Shown here piece after piece: positions 9,842 through 21,538 of a DNA stretch of 64,000 bases. Location: positions 17,269 to 81,268 of the forward strand of contig JBJKSB010000021.1 of NCBI GenBank assembly GCA_046704385.1, in the 5' to 3' direction. The position numbers and the translations under genes were made by a program. Under the pieces are notes generated by a model. It saw only the letters and a list, made by a program, of their open reading frames with translations. It was not told where the DNA came from and did no database searches. The stretch's first letter is position 1. Each line of letters opens with the position of its first letter. The DNA is from Bacteroidales bacterium. Its GTDB lineage: Bacteria; Bacteroidota; Bacteroidia; Bacteroidales; SZUA-534.

Positions 9842-11353
9842 TTAACAAACCATGGTCATAATTTCCTCAAAAAATGTCCGGCTATTCGATAGCCGTGGTA
9901 CTTTATGTTGCCCTCCTAATTTGCCTTTTGTTTCAAGCCACCTGTGGAAGGTGCCTTTGTCGACACTGATTATTTTTGGCATATTAAGGGTGTAATTATT
10001 GAACCTTTTGGCCTCGTAATCCGAATTTAAGGTTTTTAGCGCTTCATCAAGTATGTAGGCAAAATATTCAAGATTGTCGGGCTGTTTTTCAAACTCAATG
10101 AGCCATTCGTGTCCGCCCTGATGTTTTAAATCCATGTAAATGGGTGCTGCAGTGTATTCGTTTATCAAAGCACCTGTTTTTTGACAAGCAATTTTAAGAG
10201 CTTTTTCGGCATTATCCACAATCAACTCTTCACCAAAAGCATTTATAAAATGGCGTGTGCGGCCGGTAATAACAAATTTATAGGGGTGTTTTTGAGTGAA
10301 TTTTATTGTGTCGCCAATTACATAGCGCCATAAACCTCCGTTAGTGGTTATTACCATGGCGTAATTCTCCCCGGTTTTCACATCATTTAATGATATTATG
10401 GTTGGATTTTCATTTCCAAATTCGGTCATGGGAATAAATTCGTAAAAAATACCATAGTCAAGCATCAGCAGCATGGAAGGATCATGAGGATCATCCTGTA
10501 TGCCAAAAAACCCTTCGGACGCATTGTAAGTTTCCAGGTAATGCATATTCTTTCCGGGGATTAATGCTTTAAACTGCGATTTGTAAGGGGCAAAATTTAC
10601 TCCGCCGTGTATAAAAAGTTCGAGATTTGGCCAAACCTCCATTAAATTATTTTTTCCGGTAATATCAAGTATTCTCTTAATTAATACCAAAGTCCATGAA
10701 GGAACGCCGGATATGCTTGTTACATTTTCCTTGATAGTAGCCTGCGCCATTTGTTCCAGTTTTTCTTCCCAGTTATCCATTAATGCAATACTTGCTTTTG
10801 GGGTTCGCAAAAACTCGGCATAAAACGGCATGTTTTCAATTAAAATAGCTGAAAGGTCGCCAAAATAACTTTCATTCGTAAAATTATTGATTTTGTGACT
10901 TCCGCCAATAATCAGTCCTTTTCCTTTGAGAACCCTGGTTTCTGGATAGATGTTCTCGTTAAAATACATTACATCTTTTCCGCCTCTGAAATGGCAATTA
11001 TCCATAGCTTCCTGTGATACCGGAATGAATTTACTTTTATCGTTGGTGGTACCGCTCGATTTGGCAAACCACCTTATTTCATCAGGCCAAAGTAAATCGC
11101 TCTCGCCATTCCGCAATCGCTCCACATAAGGTTTTATATCGTCGTATTCCTGCAAAGGCATGGCCGATTTAAAATCATCATAACAATTTATATCTTTAAA
11201 ATTATGATGAATTCCCCATTCAGTATCCTGCGCCATGCGCAACAGATATTTTAACTGATCGTCCTGAACATTACCGGGATATTTCTGAAACAAATATATT
11301 TCATTCATCCGTTTTATAGTAATCCAGCTGACAATTCCTTTTAATATGGGCAT
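9842..11353 (-). CDS. GH3 (auxin-responsive promoter) family adenylating enzyme
   Basis: 503 aa. Matches the bacterial GH3 family by length and strings such as 'FAKSSGTTNDKSKFIP' and 'YNASEGFFGIQD'. Confidence 0.8.
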   Translation of the reverse strand: MPILKGIVSWITIKRMNEIYLFQKYPGNVQDDQLKYLLRMAQDTEWGIHHNFKDINCYDDFKSAMPLQEYDDIKPYVERLRNGESDLLWPDEIRWFAKSSGTTNDKSKFIPVSQEAMDNCHFRGGKDVMYFNENIYPETRVLKGKGLIIGGSHKINNFTNESYFGDLSAILIENMPFYAEFLRTPKASIALMDNWEEKLEQMAQATIKENVTSISGVPSWTLVLIKRILDITGKNNLMEVWPNLELFIHGGVNFAPYKSQFKALIPGKNMHYLETYNASEGFFGIQDDPHDPSMLLMLDYGIFYEFIPMTEFGNENPTIISLNDVKTGENYAMVITTNGGLWRYVIGDTIKFTQKHPYKFVITGRTRHFINAFGEELIVDNAEKALKIACQKTGALINEYTAAPIYMDLKHQGGHEWLIEFEKQPDNLEYFAYILDEALKTLNSDYEAKRFNNYTLNMPKIISVDKGTFHRWLETKGKLGGQHKVPRLSNSRTFFEEIMTMVC

Positions 11354-11606
11354 CTTAAAATAGAATTCAGGTTTATGTAAAGATAAATTTTTTACTTGAA
11401 ATTTTAACCTGTTAAATACATTCTGGTTGATTCAAAAAATATTTTACAAACATGAAACACCTCCCTGATTTAATTATGTAAATAAAGCATCAATATGTAA
11501 AATTATTGTAATCAAAATATTAGCAAATCGAAAAATGGCAAACGAAACTACATTTTTACTTTATTGATATTTCACTATTTTTATAAAATTATTTTATTTT
11601 GAAAAT

Positions 11607-12140
11607 ATGGGAGCGAACGCATTCGACTTAATCATAATTGTACTTTTTGCCTGGAGTGCTTATAAAGGATTTACCAAAGGTTTAATTTCCTCGGCAGCTT
11701 CATTAATTGCCCTTCTTTTAGGGGTTTGGGGCGCTGTTAAATTTTCGAGCATTACTGCCGGGTATTTAACTGGTGTTATTAATGTTGATGAAAAAGTTTT
11801 GGGTGTTATTGCTTTTGCTGTGACCTTTATTTTAATAGTTATTGCCGTACACTTTGTGGCCAAGGCCATTGAAGGTTTGGCGGAAGCCATTGCACTGGGA
11901 ATTGTTAATAAGGTTTTTGGTGCAGCCTTCGGGGTACTTAAAATCGCATTGATTATTAGTGTGGTTTTGGTAATATTAAATGCCGCCAACCGTAATTTTG
12001 GATTTTTATCTCCTGAATTCAAACAAAAAAGTTTGTTTTACGAACCTGTGTCAAAGTTTGCACCGTCTATTTTTAATTATCTGAAATTCGATGATTTTAA
12101 AAAAGATGACAAAACTAATAGCGGGGGTCTCACTATTTGA
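11607..12140 (+). CDS. cvpA: CvpA-family membrane protein
   Basis: 177 aa, four hydrophobic helices. N-terminus 'DLIIIVLFAWSAYKGFTKGLI' is typical of CvpA. Confidence 0.7.
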   Translation: MGANAFDLIIIVLFAWSAYKGFTKGLISSAASLIALLLGVWGAVKFSSITAGYLTGVINVDEKVLGVIAFAVTFILIVIAVHFVAKAIEGLAEAIALGIVNKVFGAAFGVLKIALIISVVLVILNAANRNFGFLSPEFKQKSLFYEPVSKFAPSIFNYLKFDDFKKDDKTNSGGLTI

Positions 12141-12147
12141 GCCGGGC

Positions 12148-12897
12148 TTAATCTTTGAATAAAGTCTTTATCCTTTCAAGGTCTTCAGGGGTGTCAATCC
12201 CAACACTTTCTATTTCAGTTACTGATGTTTTTATATTGTAACCATTCTCAAGCCAGCGAAGCTGTTCCAGCGATTCGGCTTTTTCCAATCCTGATTTAGG
12301 CAATTTACAAATATCATAAAGCACCTCTTTTCTGTATCCATACATTCCTATGTGCTGATAAAAATCTCGCTCGTTCATCCATTCGTCGGCTGAAAAACCC
12401 CGGACATAAGGGATGCGGCTCCGACTGAAATAAAGAGCGTCGTGGTTTTTACGGGTAACAACTTTTACCACGTTGGGATTATCCAGTAATGATTTGTCGG
12501 TAATTTTTTTTATCAGTGTAGCAATACCGGTTTCTTCCAGCGTAAAAAGATCGGTCAGTTGCTGAATTTGTACCGGATTAATAAAAGGCTCATCACCCTG
12601 AATATTTATAATTACATCTGCTTTAATATTTAGTTGCCTCTCAAATAATTCTACGGCCTCGGCACAACGATCAGTTCCGCTTTGGTGCGATTCAGCAGTC
12701 ATCACAACATGGCCGCCAAATGACGTAACTGCATCAAATATTCTTTGGTCATCAGTGGCAATACAAACATACTTTAACACTTTTGCAGCCTGCTCATAAA
12801 CCCGCTGAATCATCAATTTGCCGTTAATGTTCACCAAAGGTTTACCCGGAAACCGGGAGGATGCATATCGTGCCGGTATTATTCCAAAAACATTCAT
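12148..12897 (-). CDS. kdsB: 3-deoxy-manno-octulosonate cytidylyltransferase (CMP-KDO synthetase)
   Basis: 249 aa. Motifs 'IIPARYASSRFPGKPL' and 'NIQGDEPFI'. Confidence 0.9.
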   Translation of the reverse strand: MNVFGIIPARYASSRFPGKPLVNINGKLMIQRVYEQAAKVLKYVCIATDDQRIFDAVTSFGGHVVMTAESHQSGTDRCAEAVELFERQLNIKADVIINIQGDEPFINPVQIQQLTDLFTLEETGIATLIKKITDKSLLDNPNVVKVVTRKNHDALYFSRSRIPYVRGFSADEWMNERDFYQHIGMYGYRKEVLYDICKLPKSGLEKAESLEQLRWLENGYNIKTSVTEIESVGIDTPEDLERIKTLFKD

Positions 12898-12957
12898 TAT
12901 TAAAATTTTAAACCGAAAAACAGTTAAAAATTTTCCTTTTGTTATTTGATACCCTGA

Positions 12958-13773
12958 CTAGATCAATAACATCAGTTCTTTAATCAATAAAGTCATCATG
13001 GGTTCTGCCATTTCGGCAACATTTTGAACCTCCTCGTGTGTGGTGCCGGTACCTTCGTCGGCAGGCTTATCGGTATTGGTAATTACTGACATTCCAAAAC
13101 ATTTAATACCCATGTGGTTGGCTACAATTACTTCAGGAACAGTAGACATGCCGGTTGCATCGGCTCCCCATATCCGGAACATTTTATATTCGGCGGGAGT
13201 TTCGAGCGTTGGTCCGCTGCTTCCGATGTAAACTCCTTCCTGCAAAGGAATATCATGTTTTTTTGCAATTTCTTTGGCTTTTGAAATCAGTTCGCGGCTG
13301 TAGGTTTTGCTCATATCGGGGAACCGGGGTCCCAAATCAGGATTGTTTTTTCCTACCAAAGGATTCACAGGGAAGTGGTTTATGTGATCGCGAATAACCA
13401 TAATATCACCAGTATTAAACTCGGGGTTCATTCCACCTGCCGCATTGGAAACAAACAGGTATTGAATTCCCAGGTATTTCATAACCCTGATTGGAAAAGT
13501 AACCTGATCCATGGTGTAACCTTCGTAATAGTGGAACCGGCCCTGCATGGCCACAATTTTCTTGCATCCCAGGGTTCCGAATATTAATCGGCCTTTATGA
13601 CCCTGAACGGTTGAAACCGGAAAATCAGGAATATCTTTATAAGCGATAATTTTATCAGCTTCAATTTTTTCACCTAAACCACCTAAACCACTGCCTAATA
13701 CTATACCTACCTCGGGCTTATAATTCAGCCCTTCTAACAAAAAATCGGCTGTTGTTTTAAATTTGTCAATCAT
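12958..13773 (-). CDS. purine nucleoside phosphorylase (PunA/PNP type)
   Basis: 271 aa. Motifs 'GSGLGGL', '[13 protein letters not shown]', 'GRFHYYEG' and '[12 protein letters not shown]'. Confidence 0.9.
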   Translation of the reverse strand: MIDKFKTTADFLLEGLNYKPEVGIVLGSGLGGLGEKIEADKIIAYKDIPDFPVSTVQGHKGRLIFGTLGCKKIVAMQGRFHYYEGYTMDQVTFPIRVMKYLGIQYLFVSNAAGGMNPEFNTGDIMVIRDHINHFPVNPLVGKNNPDLGPRFPDMSKTYSRELISKAKEIAKKHDIPLQEGVYIGSSGPTLETPAEYKMFRIWGADATGMSTVPEVIVANHMGIKCFGMSVITNTDKPADEGTGTTHEEVQNVAEMAEPMMTLLIKELMLLI

Positions 13774-13997
13774 TTTATAATTGTATTTAATATTATTCTT
13801 AAATTTTAAAAAAGCTTACTAAGGTAAAAATAATTCTAGTTTTGAACCCATGATTTTTGCCCAAATACCAAAATAATAATACATCGCAATAAATATATTT
13901 TATTAACATAGAATCATTTTATTATCATTACTATTTAATTAATTAAATTCCGTGGAATTAATTTTGAGTAAATTAAATATTACAAAAACGAATTAAT

Positions 13998-15662
13998 ATG
14001 CTTAAAGAAAACTATATAGTGATGCTTCAGGATAGCATTCGTGAATTTTGGGATCACCCGGCCATGACCGATTATTTGGGCGAGAGGCATCTGACTTATG
14101 GTGAACTGGCCGAATCTATTTTCAGATTTCATATCATGTTTGACGAAAACGGGATAAAAAAGGGAGACAAAATTGCGGTTATAGGAAAAAATTCAACAAA
14201 CTGGTCAGTGGTTTTCTTGGCTACCATTAGTTACGGAGCAGTTATTGTACCCATTTTGCCCGATTTTAAACCAAATAATGTACACCACATTGTTAATCAT
14301 TCTGAATCAAAAGTATTATTTACTCATAATGATAAATGGGATGACCTGGAAGAAAGCAGTATGCCTGAATTACGGGCTGTTTTTTCACTTAATGATTTTG
14401 AGTTGTTATACCAGGGCACTCATGAGGCTTTATACAAATCATACTCGAAACTCGATAATTTATTTAAGGAAAAATTCCCCAATGGTTTAGGTCCTGAGCA
14501 AGTTGTTTTTAAGCCGGTTGGCAATACTGATCTGATGGTGTTGAATTATACTTCGGGCACCACCGGGTTCAGCAAAGGCGTAATGCTCTCGTGCAATAAT
14601 TTGACGGGAAATGTTTTGTTTGCCAAAATAAATCTGAATGTGGGAAATGGTGATACCAGTGTGGCATTTTTACCTATGGCTCATGTTTATGGCATGGCTT
14701 TCGATTTATTGTATCCGATTATCACAGGCGCCCATGTACATTTTGTGGGAAAAACCCCCTCGCCAAAAGTTTTAATTGAGGCGTTTCATTCCATAAAACC
14801 CAAAAACGTATTTTCAGTTCCTCTAATTCTCGAAAAAATATATAAGAACCAACTTTTACCTGTATTAAATAAAAGGAGTATGAAAGTGTTGACAAGTATT
14901 CCGATTATCGACAACAAAATTTATGAGCAGATAAAAAAGAAGTTGCTGGCTGTTTTTGGTGAGAATTTTTATCAGATAGTTATCGGTGGAGCAGCTTTAA
15001 ATAAGGAAGTTGAGGATTTTCTTCGGAAAATAAAATTCCCGTTTACCGTAGGTTATGGCATGACCGAATGCGGACCTTTAATCAGTTACGATCATTTTTT
15101 TGATTTGCGTAATTACTCGTGTGGACAGGTTCTGGAAGGATTTATGGAAGCCCGCATTGAGTCGGCTGATCCTGCAAATGTACCCGGTGAAGTAGTGGTC
15201 CGTGGTGAAAATGTAATGATGGGTTATTATAAGAATCCGGAGGCAACCGTTGAGGTTATGAAAGATGGCTGGTTATATACCGGTGATATGGGCGTAATGG
15301 ATAGTGAAAACCGGTTATATCTGAAAGGGCGAAGTAAAAATATGATTCTTGGCCCCAGCGGACAAAATATTTATCCTGAAGAGATTGAAGACAAACTGAA
15401 TAATATGCCATTTGTTGCCGAATCGCTGGTGCTTGAAAACAACCACAAGGTGGTGGCGCTGGTTTATCCTGATTGGACATCGGCTGATGAAGTGAACCTG
15501 GGGCAAACCGAACTGGAAACTATTATGGAGGAAAACCGGCAGGCTTTGAATAAGGAACTTGAATCGTATCAGGCAATTACGCGGATTAAGTTATATCCCA
15601 CTGAATTTGAGAAAACACCTAAAAGAAGTATTAAGCGATTCCTGTATAAGTTTGACGAATGA
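13998..15662 (+). CDS. AMP-binding long-chain acyl-CoA ligase
   Basis: 554 aa. Adenylation motifs 'YTSGTTGFSKGV', 'GYGMTECG' and 'YTGDMG'. Confidence 0.85.
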   Translation: MLKENYIVMLQDSIREFWDHPAMTDYLGERHLTYGELAESIFRFHIMFDENGIKKGDKIAVIGKNSTNWSVVFLATISYGAVIVPILPDFKPNNVHHIVNHSESKVLFTHNDKWDDLEESSMPELRAVFSLNDFELLYQGTHEALYKSYSKLDNLFKEKFPNGLGPEQVVFKPVGNTDLMVLNYTSGTTGFSKGVMLSCNNLTGNVLFAKINLNVGNGDTSVAFLPMAHVYGMAFDLLYPIITGAHVHFVGKTPSPKVLIEAFHSIKPKNVFSVPLILEKIYKNQLLPVLNKRSMKVLTSIPIIDNKIYEQIKKKLLAVFGENFYQIVIGGAALNKEVEDFLRKIKFPFTVGYGMTECGPLISYDHFFDLRNYSCGQVLEGFMEARIESADPANVPGEVVVRGENVMMGYYKNPEATVEVMKDGWLYTGDMGVMDSENRLYLKGRSKNMILGPSGQNIYPEEIEDKLNNMPFVAESLVLENNHKVVALVYPDWTSADEVNLGQTELETIMEENRQALNKELESYQAITRIKLYPTEFEKTPKRSIKRFLYKFDE

Positions 15663-15745
15663 TGCCTGGGAAAAAGTGCACGAAATTTGAAGTGAATGGC
15701 ATTCGTAAAAAATAAATTAATTAGTTTTGGAGCCTGTTTTCAAAT

Positions 15746-16507
15746 ATGCGACACTTAATTAGTTTCATAATATTAATTCTGGCCACTCTGGGGCTAAAGG
15801 CGCAGTTCTCGGTTGGGTTCCGTGCCGGTTACGGGAGTCATGGTATCCATTTGGAACCCCCGCAACTTGAAAAATTCCAGGTGCCGTATTTCCTTCCAAA
15901 TGCTGGTTTGGTGATTATTTATAATAATACCAATAATGCGGGTTTACAGATGGAATTTAATTATGCCCCAAAAGGCTGGATGGAAAAAGATACTACGCTA
16001 AAAACCAGGAATTTGTATGCTGAAAAGGGAGACACCATAACCAGTACTCCCTATTTTAAACGGACCATAAATTATTTGGAAGTACCTTTTTTTAGTCATT
16101 GGGAGGCCGGGTATGGGCCAGTCCGAATTGTGATATTTGCTGGGCCATATTTAGCATTGAAGCTTAGTGAGACATATGAATCCGACCATTTTTCACATTT
16201 GTGGTACGATGGTAGCAACTACAATCAATACGATCAAAAGGCCAAACAAATTGACTTTGGAATTAAGGCAGGCTTGGGATTAAGATATAATATAAACCGT
16301 CATTTTGCCATTTACATTGATGCCCGATACGATGCAGAAATTGCCGGCGGGCGTGATATTTTTATCAACCGGCCAGATGGTATCCGGGCAAGCCGCTTAA
16401 AGGAAATTGGCGGAACCTTCGGAATACTTTGGCACATAATTCCACAAAAGGAAAAGAAAGCGGTTGAAGGATACCAGCCTAAGGAAAATCTTTACGGAGA
16501 TGATTAG
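15746..16507 (+). CDS. outer-membrane beta-barrel (porin-family) protein
   Basis: 253 aa with a signal peptide. Alternating aromatic/glycine beta-strand pattern. Confidence 0.6.
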   Translation: MRHLISFIILILATLGLKAQFSVGFRAGYGSHGIHLEPPQLEKFQVPYFLPNAGLVIIYNNTNNAGLQMEFNYAPKGWMEKDTTLKTRNLYAEKGDTITSTPYFKRTINYLEVPFFSHWEAGYGPVRIVIFAGPYLALKLSETYESDHFSHLWYDGSNYNQYDQKAKQIDFGIKAGLGLRYNINRHFAIYIDARYDAEIAGGRDIFINRPDGIRASRLKEIGGTFGILWHIIPQKEKKAVEGYQPKENLYGDD

Positions 16508-16624
16508 AATTTAGATTTAAGAATCAAGATTTGAGACACAAGGCTTAAAAATTTATTGTGAAATCTTTTACTCCACCGTAAATATCAAGTGATCCATCCG
16601 TTATTCCGTAACGAACCAAAATAC

Positions 16625-16666
16625 AAAAGCCCAATTATCAATGATAATCAGGCTTTTTATTTTTTT
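16625..16666. terminator. bidirectional hairpin terminator (OMP gene and tRNA-Phe)
   Basis: AAAAGCCCAATTATCA-a-TGATAATCAGGCTTTTT, with T-runs on both strands. Lies between a plus-strand gene end and the minus-strand tRNA end. Confidence 0.65.
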
Positions 16667-16670
16667 GCTG

Positions 16671-16743
<73 letters not shown>

Positions 16744-17108
16744 AGCATTGCTTAAGAGCGATGCAAAAGTAACTAAAAAAGTTTTTCTGCCAAACAAATT
16801 TACAAAAATTTCTGTTTTTTAGAGTACCCCACTGATAGCAAGGGATGTGCGCCTTTTTAGTAACTTGTTAACATCTCGATTACAACATAATTATCAGTTT
16901 TGCATATATTAATTAGATTTGTAGTCCGAAAAAACTAGTAGAATTAAAGTGACTCACTAGAAAGCGACAATAACGAGGCTTGCGAAGCCAGTAAAAACGC
17001 TGTTTAACATGTGTAAACGACTATTTTGCTGGCAAGCGTAACAGCCTGCCCCGATTATTTCTGGGAAGTTATGGGCGCTTTATATGAATTACTAAAACTT
17101 ATGTAATT

Positions 17109-19724
17109 GTGGCTAAAGAAAAAGAAGTAGTAAAAACACCATTAATGAAGCAGTATTACAGCGTTAAGGCAAAACACCCTGATGCCATACTGCTTTTCAG
17201 AGTTGGCGATTTTTATGAGACCTTTTCTGCTGATGCCATAAAAACTTCCGAGATTCTGGGGATAACCCTGACCAAACGAGCCAATGGGGCTGCTTCATTC
17301 GTTGAGTTGGCAGGATTTCCTTACCATGCGCTCGACACCTATTTGCCCAAACTGGTAAGGGCCGGACAGCGCGTTGCTATTTGCGAGCAACTGGAAGATC
17401 CCAAAATGACCAAAACTATTGTAAAACGAGGGGTAACGGAACTGGTAACTCCGGGTGTTTCGGTAAACGATAATATTCTGAATCATAAGGAAAATAACTT
17501 CCTGGCCTGTGTGTATATTGACAAAACAATGGCCGGCGTGGCTTTTCTGGATATTTCGACTGGCGAGTTTTATACTTCGGAAGGTAGTTTTGCTTATGTA
17601 AGCAAACTGCTTCAAAACTTAAGGCCCAAAGAGGTGCTTTTTGAACGTAACAAAAAGGAAACCTACATGGAACATTTTGGGCACGGGTTTTACAATTACC
17701 CGCTCGATGAATGGATTTTTACTGAGGAAGCAGCCAACGACCGTTTGTTAAAACATTTTGAAACACAGTCGCTGAAAGGTTATGGAATTTCCACCATGCG
17801 AAATGGTATTATTGCCTCCGGGGCAATCTTACATTACCTGGATATTACCCAGCATCATCAAATAGGCAATATTACCCGTATAAGCCGCATTGCTGAAGAT
17901 GAGTACGTTTGGCTCGATCGTTTTACCATCAAAAACCTCGAGATTTTTAATACCATGAATGAAGATGGTAAGTCCTTGATTGACGTGATGGATCACACCT
18001 TATCACCCATGGGTTCGCGCATGTTGAAACGGTGGCTGGCTTTACCGCTTAAAAATGTTAAGGCCATTAATGAGAGGCTAAACGCTGTTGACCATTTTAT
18101 TAATAATCATGAATTGAAAGAACTGGTTGAGACTCAACTAAAGCAGGTTGGCGATCTGGAACGGTTAATTTCAAAAGTGGCTTTAGGCCGGATCAATCCA
18201 CGGGAGGTTGTGGCATTGAAAAATTCACTGGCTTGTATTCAACCTATTAAAGATTTATGCCAGGCTACGGAAAATTCAGCACTGAAAAATATTGCCGAAC
18301 AATTAAACCCCTGTACTTCGATTAAGGAAAAAATTGAACAGGAGCTTAATGATGATCCTCCAACGCAAATTAACAAAGGAAATGTAATGTCGGAGGGTGT
18401 TAACCATGAACTGGACGACTTGCGGCATATTGCTTTTTCAGGGAAAGATTATATGCTTGAATTGCAGCAACGCGAAAGTGAACGCACCGGCATCCCATCT
18501 CTCAAAATATCGTTTAATAATGTTTTCGGGTATTATATTGAGGTTCGCAATACCCACAAAGACAAGGTTCCCGAGGATTGGATCAGAAAACAAACCCTGG
18601 TGAGTGCCGAGCGATATATTACCGAAGAACTTAAAGATTACGAGAATAAAATTCTGGGGGCCGAGGAAAAAATACTTGCTCTCGAAACCAAACTTTTTAA
18701 TGACCTGGTTTTCAGCCTGTCAGAATTTGTGCCGGCCATTCAATTGGATGCAGCCTTAATTTCGCGCATCGATTGTTTGTTGTCGTCAGCCACGCTAGCT
18801 GTAAAGAATAGTTATTGCAGGCCTAATGTTAATGAAAGTAATATTATTGAAATTATTCAGGGTCGACATCCGGTTATCGAAACCCAGATGCCTGTGGGAG
18901 AGCAGTATATTGCCAATGATGTTTTATTGAATCAGATTGATCAGCAGATTATTATTATTACTGGTCCCAACATGGCCGGAAAATCAGCTTTGCTTAGGCA
19001 AACTGCTCTTATAGTTTTGATGGCACAGGTTGGTTCCTTTGTACCGGCGCAAGCCGTTAACCTGGGTTATGTGGATAAAATTTTTACCCGGGTGGGTGCA
19101 TCCGATAATATTTCAGTGGGTGAAAGTACTTTTATGGTTGAAATGAACGAGGCCGCCAGCATATTGAACAATATGAGCGACCGGAGTTTGATTCTGCTTG
19201 ATGAACTGGGTCGGGGAACCAGTACTTACGATGGTATCAGCATTGCGTGGGCTATTGTGGAATACATTCACGAAAACAAACAGGCACTAGCAAAAACCTT
19301 GTTTGCCACACATTACCATGAGTTGAACGAAATGGAAAAATCATTCAAACGGGTAAAGAATTTTAATGTATCTGTAAAAGAGGTTGACAAAAAGGTAATA
19401 TTCCTGAGAAAATTATTGTCCGGGGGAAGTAATCACAGTTTTGGTATCCATGTGGCCAAAATGGCAGGTATGCCAAAAAGTGTGGTCAGCCGTGCCGAAA
19501 AAATTCTGGTTGAGCTCGAACAAACCCGTCGCCAGGAGGATTTGGATGAGGAAGTCAAAGAAATTGCCAAACACCGCGAAGGCATGCAATTGAGTTTTTT
19601 CCAATTGGATGATCCGGTTCTGAAGCAAATACGCGATGAAATAAAACACATCGATATAAATAATCTTACTCCCGTTGAGGCTTTGAATAAGCTGAATGAA
19701 ATTAAAAAGTTAACGGGGCTATAG
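17109..19724 (+). CDS. mutS: DNA mismatch repair protein MutS
   Basis: 871 aa, GTG start. Motifs 'TPLMKQY', 'FRVGDFYE', Walker A 'GPNMAGKS' and '[13 protein letters not shown]'. Confidence 0.95.
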   Translation: MAKEKEVVKTPLMKQYYSVKAKHPDAILLFRVGDFYETFSADAIKTSEILGITLTKRANGAASFVELAGFPYHALDTYLPKLVRAGQRVAICEQLEDPKMTKTIVKRGVTELVTPGVSVNDNILNHKENNFLACVYIDKTMAGVAFLDISTGEFYTSEGSFAYVSKLLQNLRPKEVLFERNKKETYMEHFGHGFYNYPLDEWIFTEEAANDRLLKHFETQSLKGYGISTMRNGIIASGAILHYLDITQHHQIGNITRISRIAEDEYVWLDRFTIKNLEIFNTMNEDGKSLIDVMDHTLSPMGSRMLKRWLALPLKNVKAINERLNAVDHFINNHELKELVETQLKQVGDLERLISKVALGRINPREVVALKNSLACIQPIKDLCQATENSALKNIAEQLNPCTSIKEKIEQELNDDPPTQINKGNVMSEGVNHELDDLRHIAFSGKDYMLELQQRESERTGIPSLKISFNNVFGYYIEVRNTHKDKVPEDWIRKQTLVSAERYITEELKDYENKILGAEEKILALETKLFNDLVFSLSEFVPAIQLDAALISRIDCLLSSATLAVKNSYCRPNVNESNIIEIIQGRHPVIETQMPVGEQYIANDVLLNQIDQQIIIITGPNMAGKSALLRQTALIVLMAQVGSFVPAQAVNLGYVDKIFTRVGASDNISVGESTFMVEMNEAASILNNMSDRSLILLDELGRGTSTYDGISIAWAIVEYIHENKQALAKTLFATHYHELNEMEKSFKRVKNFNVSVKEVDKKVIFLRKLLSGGSNHSFGIHVAKMAGMPKSVVSRAEKILVELEQTRRQEDLDEEVKEIAKHREGMQLSFFQLDDPVLKQIRDEIKHIDINNLTPVEALNKLNEIKKLTGL

Positions 19725-19774
19725 TTTTTCCCACTAATTGTCACGAATATTAAATCAATTTTGTAATTAATAGA

Positions 19775-20404
19775 CTACAACTTTATCACTTTAGTAAAAG
19801 ACACCCTTACTGGTTTTCCCCTGTGGGTTCCCGGATTCCATTGAGGCATATTAAATACAACTTGTTGAAAATAATAATCGGTTTCAAAATCAATGCCTCT
19901 TAAAATTCGCGCCACATCAATCAGACCTTCCTGATTTACTTCAAATTGGATTATCAATTTTCCATTTTTTATTGAACCAACAGAATCTTTGAAAGCTTTT
20001 ACTGAATTATTCAAATAATTATTCAATGCTTCATCTCCTCCGGGAAATTCAGGCATGTGTTCAACCACAAAAAACACAACCGGCTTATTGTAGTATTCTT
20101 TGCCAGGTACATAATTCCTGTAAAATGCTGGATATAATATGTTTTTATCAAAGTCAACTTTAATAACAATCGAATCAAAAGCATCTGCTTTAATTGCTAG
20201 TTTGTGATTCGTATAACCTTTCAAACTAAAAACAAAATTATGGATTCCCGGTGTCACATTATTTAACAGATTCAAGTTTTTAGGTAAAGTGTCGTTGTTT
20301 TTAATAACCAGCAGATCCGAATGTTTGGATTGAATATTTATGATAGCATTTTGCGCAAATCCGAACAAGGGAAATAACAAGATAGTGATAAAAAGGTATT
20401 TCAT
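19775..20404 (-). CDS. TonB C-terminal-domain protein
   Basis: 209 aa with a signal peptide. 'VEHMPEFPGGDEALNNYL' is typical of Bacteroidota TonB_C-type domains. Confidence 0.7.
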   Translation of the reverse strand: MKYLFITILLFPLFGFAQNAIINIQSKHSDLLVIKNNDTLPKNLNLLNNVTPGIHNFVFSLKGYTNHKLAIKADAFDSIVIKVDFDKNILYPAFYRNYVPGKEYYNKPVVFFVVEHMPEFPGGDEALNNYLNNSVKAFKDSVGSIKNGKLIIQFEVNQEGLIDVARILRGIDFETDYYFQQVVFNMPQWNPGTHRGKPVRVSFTKVIKL

Positions 20405-20790
20405 GATTTGGTTTTATAGAATAGGAGGTTTTGCTTTAAAAATTCCATAAATCCTTTTTTCATAAATAAAAACCCAGATAATACTCTTGTTATAGTTTTT
20501 GTATCGATTGAATATTGTATTTCTGAAATGATAAATATTTTTTTTAATACAGCTTAAAATGTTAATAAAAAGATTGTTTGGTTTAATAACATATCTAATG
20601 AGGAACTAATATTTTGGGTTGACTTCGTTTAAAAAGGATTGTATTCTGACAGAAAAAACTAATAATTTTTATTGATAGCATTTTTCAATTATAAGGTGAT
20701 GAAGTGATGGCGGAACAGTATTCAGATAGATTATCTCCTTTGGATGAGTAGATTTTTATAGTTTGTTGACAAATAATTATATATATATTT

Positions 20791-21264
20791 TTAACAATGT
20801 TTCTTTTTTGATTTATCTTCTTTTAACATTTTTTTATAGCCCTCTTTGAGTTCTTTTTTAACTGTTGGGAGTTGTTTTTGTTGAGGTAAATTTTCTGGAT
20901 TTTTACCAACGTTCTTTTGAATTATTTCCCTAACTTCTCTCCCAACTTGAAAATGAGTTTGCTCAAGATTTCCTTGGCCATGAATACCTTTATTTTTTAT
21001 TCTTTCTTCTGTTTGAGTCACCCTAAATAAATTGGCGGCTAATTCTGTTCTACCCATGAAATCCATAAGTTTTCCCTTTTTAACGGCACGCTTCCTTTCA
21101 AGTTGCCATGATGGCATATTATACATCCCTAAATAACCGGCATTAGTGAATTTCGCATAATCTTGTACGCCGGCATGCTTAACTGTTGAATTAAGTGATT
21201 TATTTCCGAAGTCCTTAAAAGCGATGGTAAGTAAAGTTAAAAAAAGGCTATAATCGTGATAAGA
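20791..21264 (-). pseudogene. 5'-truncated dinD-like (DNA-damage-inducible protein D) gene
   Basis: The tracked 111-aa ORF matches, from memory, the E. coli DinD C-terminus ('MGRTELAANLFRVTQTEE', 'THFQVGREVRE'). The frame stays open upstream (..IAFKDFGNKSLNSTVKHAGVQDYAKFTNAGYLGMY..) to a stop near 21265. There is no start codon, and the N-terminal ~45% of the family is missing. Confidence 0.65.
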
Positions 21265-21337
21265 TTAAGTGTAACAAAATCTGTATCAACTTCTCAAAAA
21301 ACAAAAAACCCCAACAACAAAGTTATCAGGGTTTCTG

Positions 21338-21423
21338 TACCCGGGGCCGGTCTCGAACCGGCACGTCCATTACTGGACACAGGATTTTAAGTCCTGCGCG
21401 TCTACCAATTCCGCCACCTGGGC
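21338..21423 (-). tRNA. tRNA-Leu (anticodon TAA)
   Basis: 86 nt with a long variable arm: GCCCAGGTGGCGGAATTGGTAGACGCGCAGGACTTAAAATCCTGTGTCCAGTAATGGACGTGCCGGTTCGAGACCGGCCCCGGGTA. One A-C mismatch in the acceptor stem. Confidence 0.85.
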
Positions 21424-21465
21424 AAATTTTGTTTTATTTTACTTAAAAAGAGCGTAAAAAAAAAG

Positions 21466-21538
<73 letters not shown>

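Noticed and set aside
16508-16545. Word similarity (GATTTAAGA / GATTTGAGAC) between 16508-16545 and 32296-32330, and again near 32561, hinting at a dispersed repeat.
   Set aside because: The matches are short, permuted and low-complexity in AT-rich DNA. They could not be aligned as a colinear repeat.
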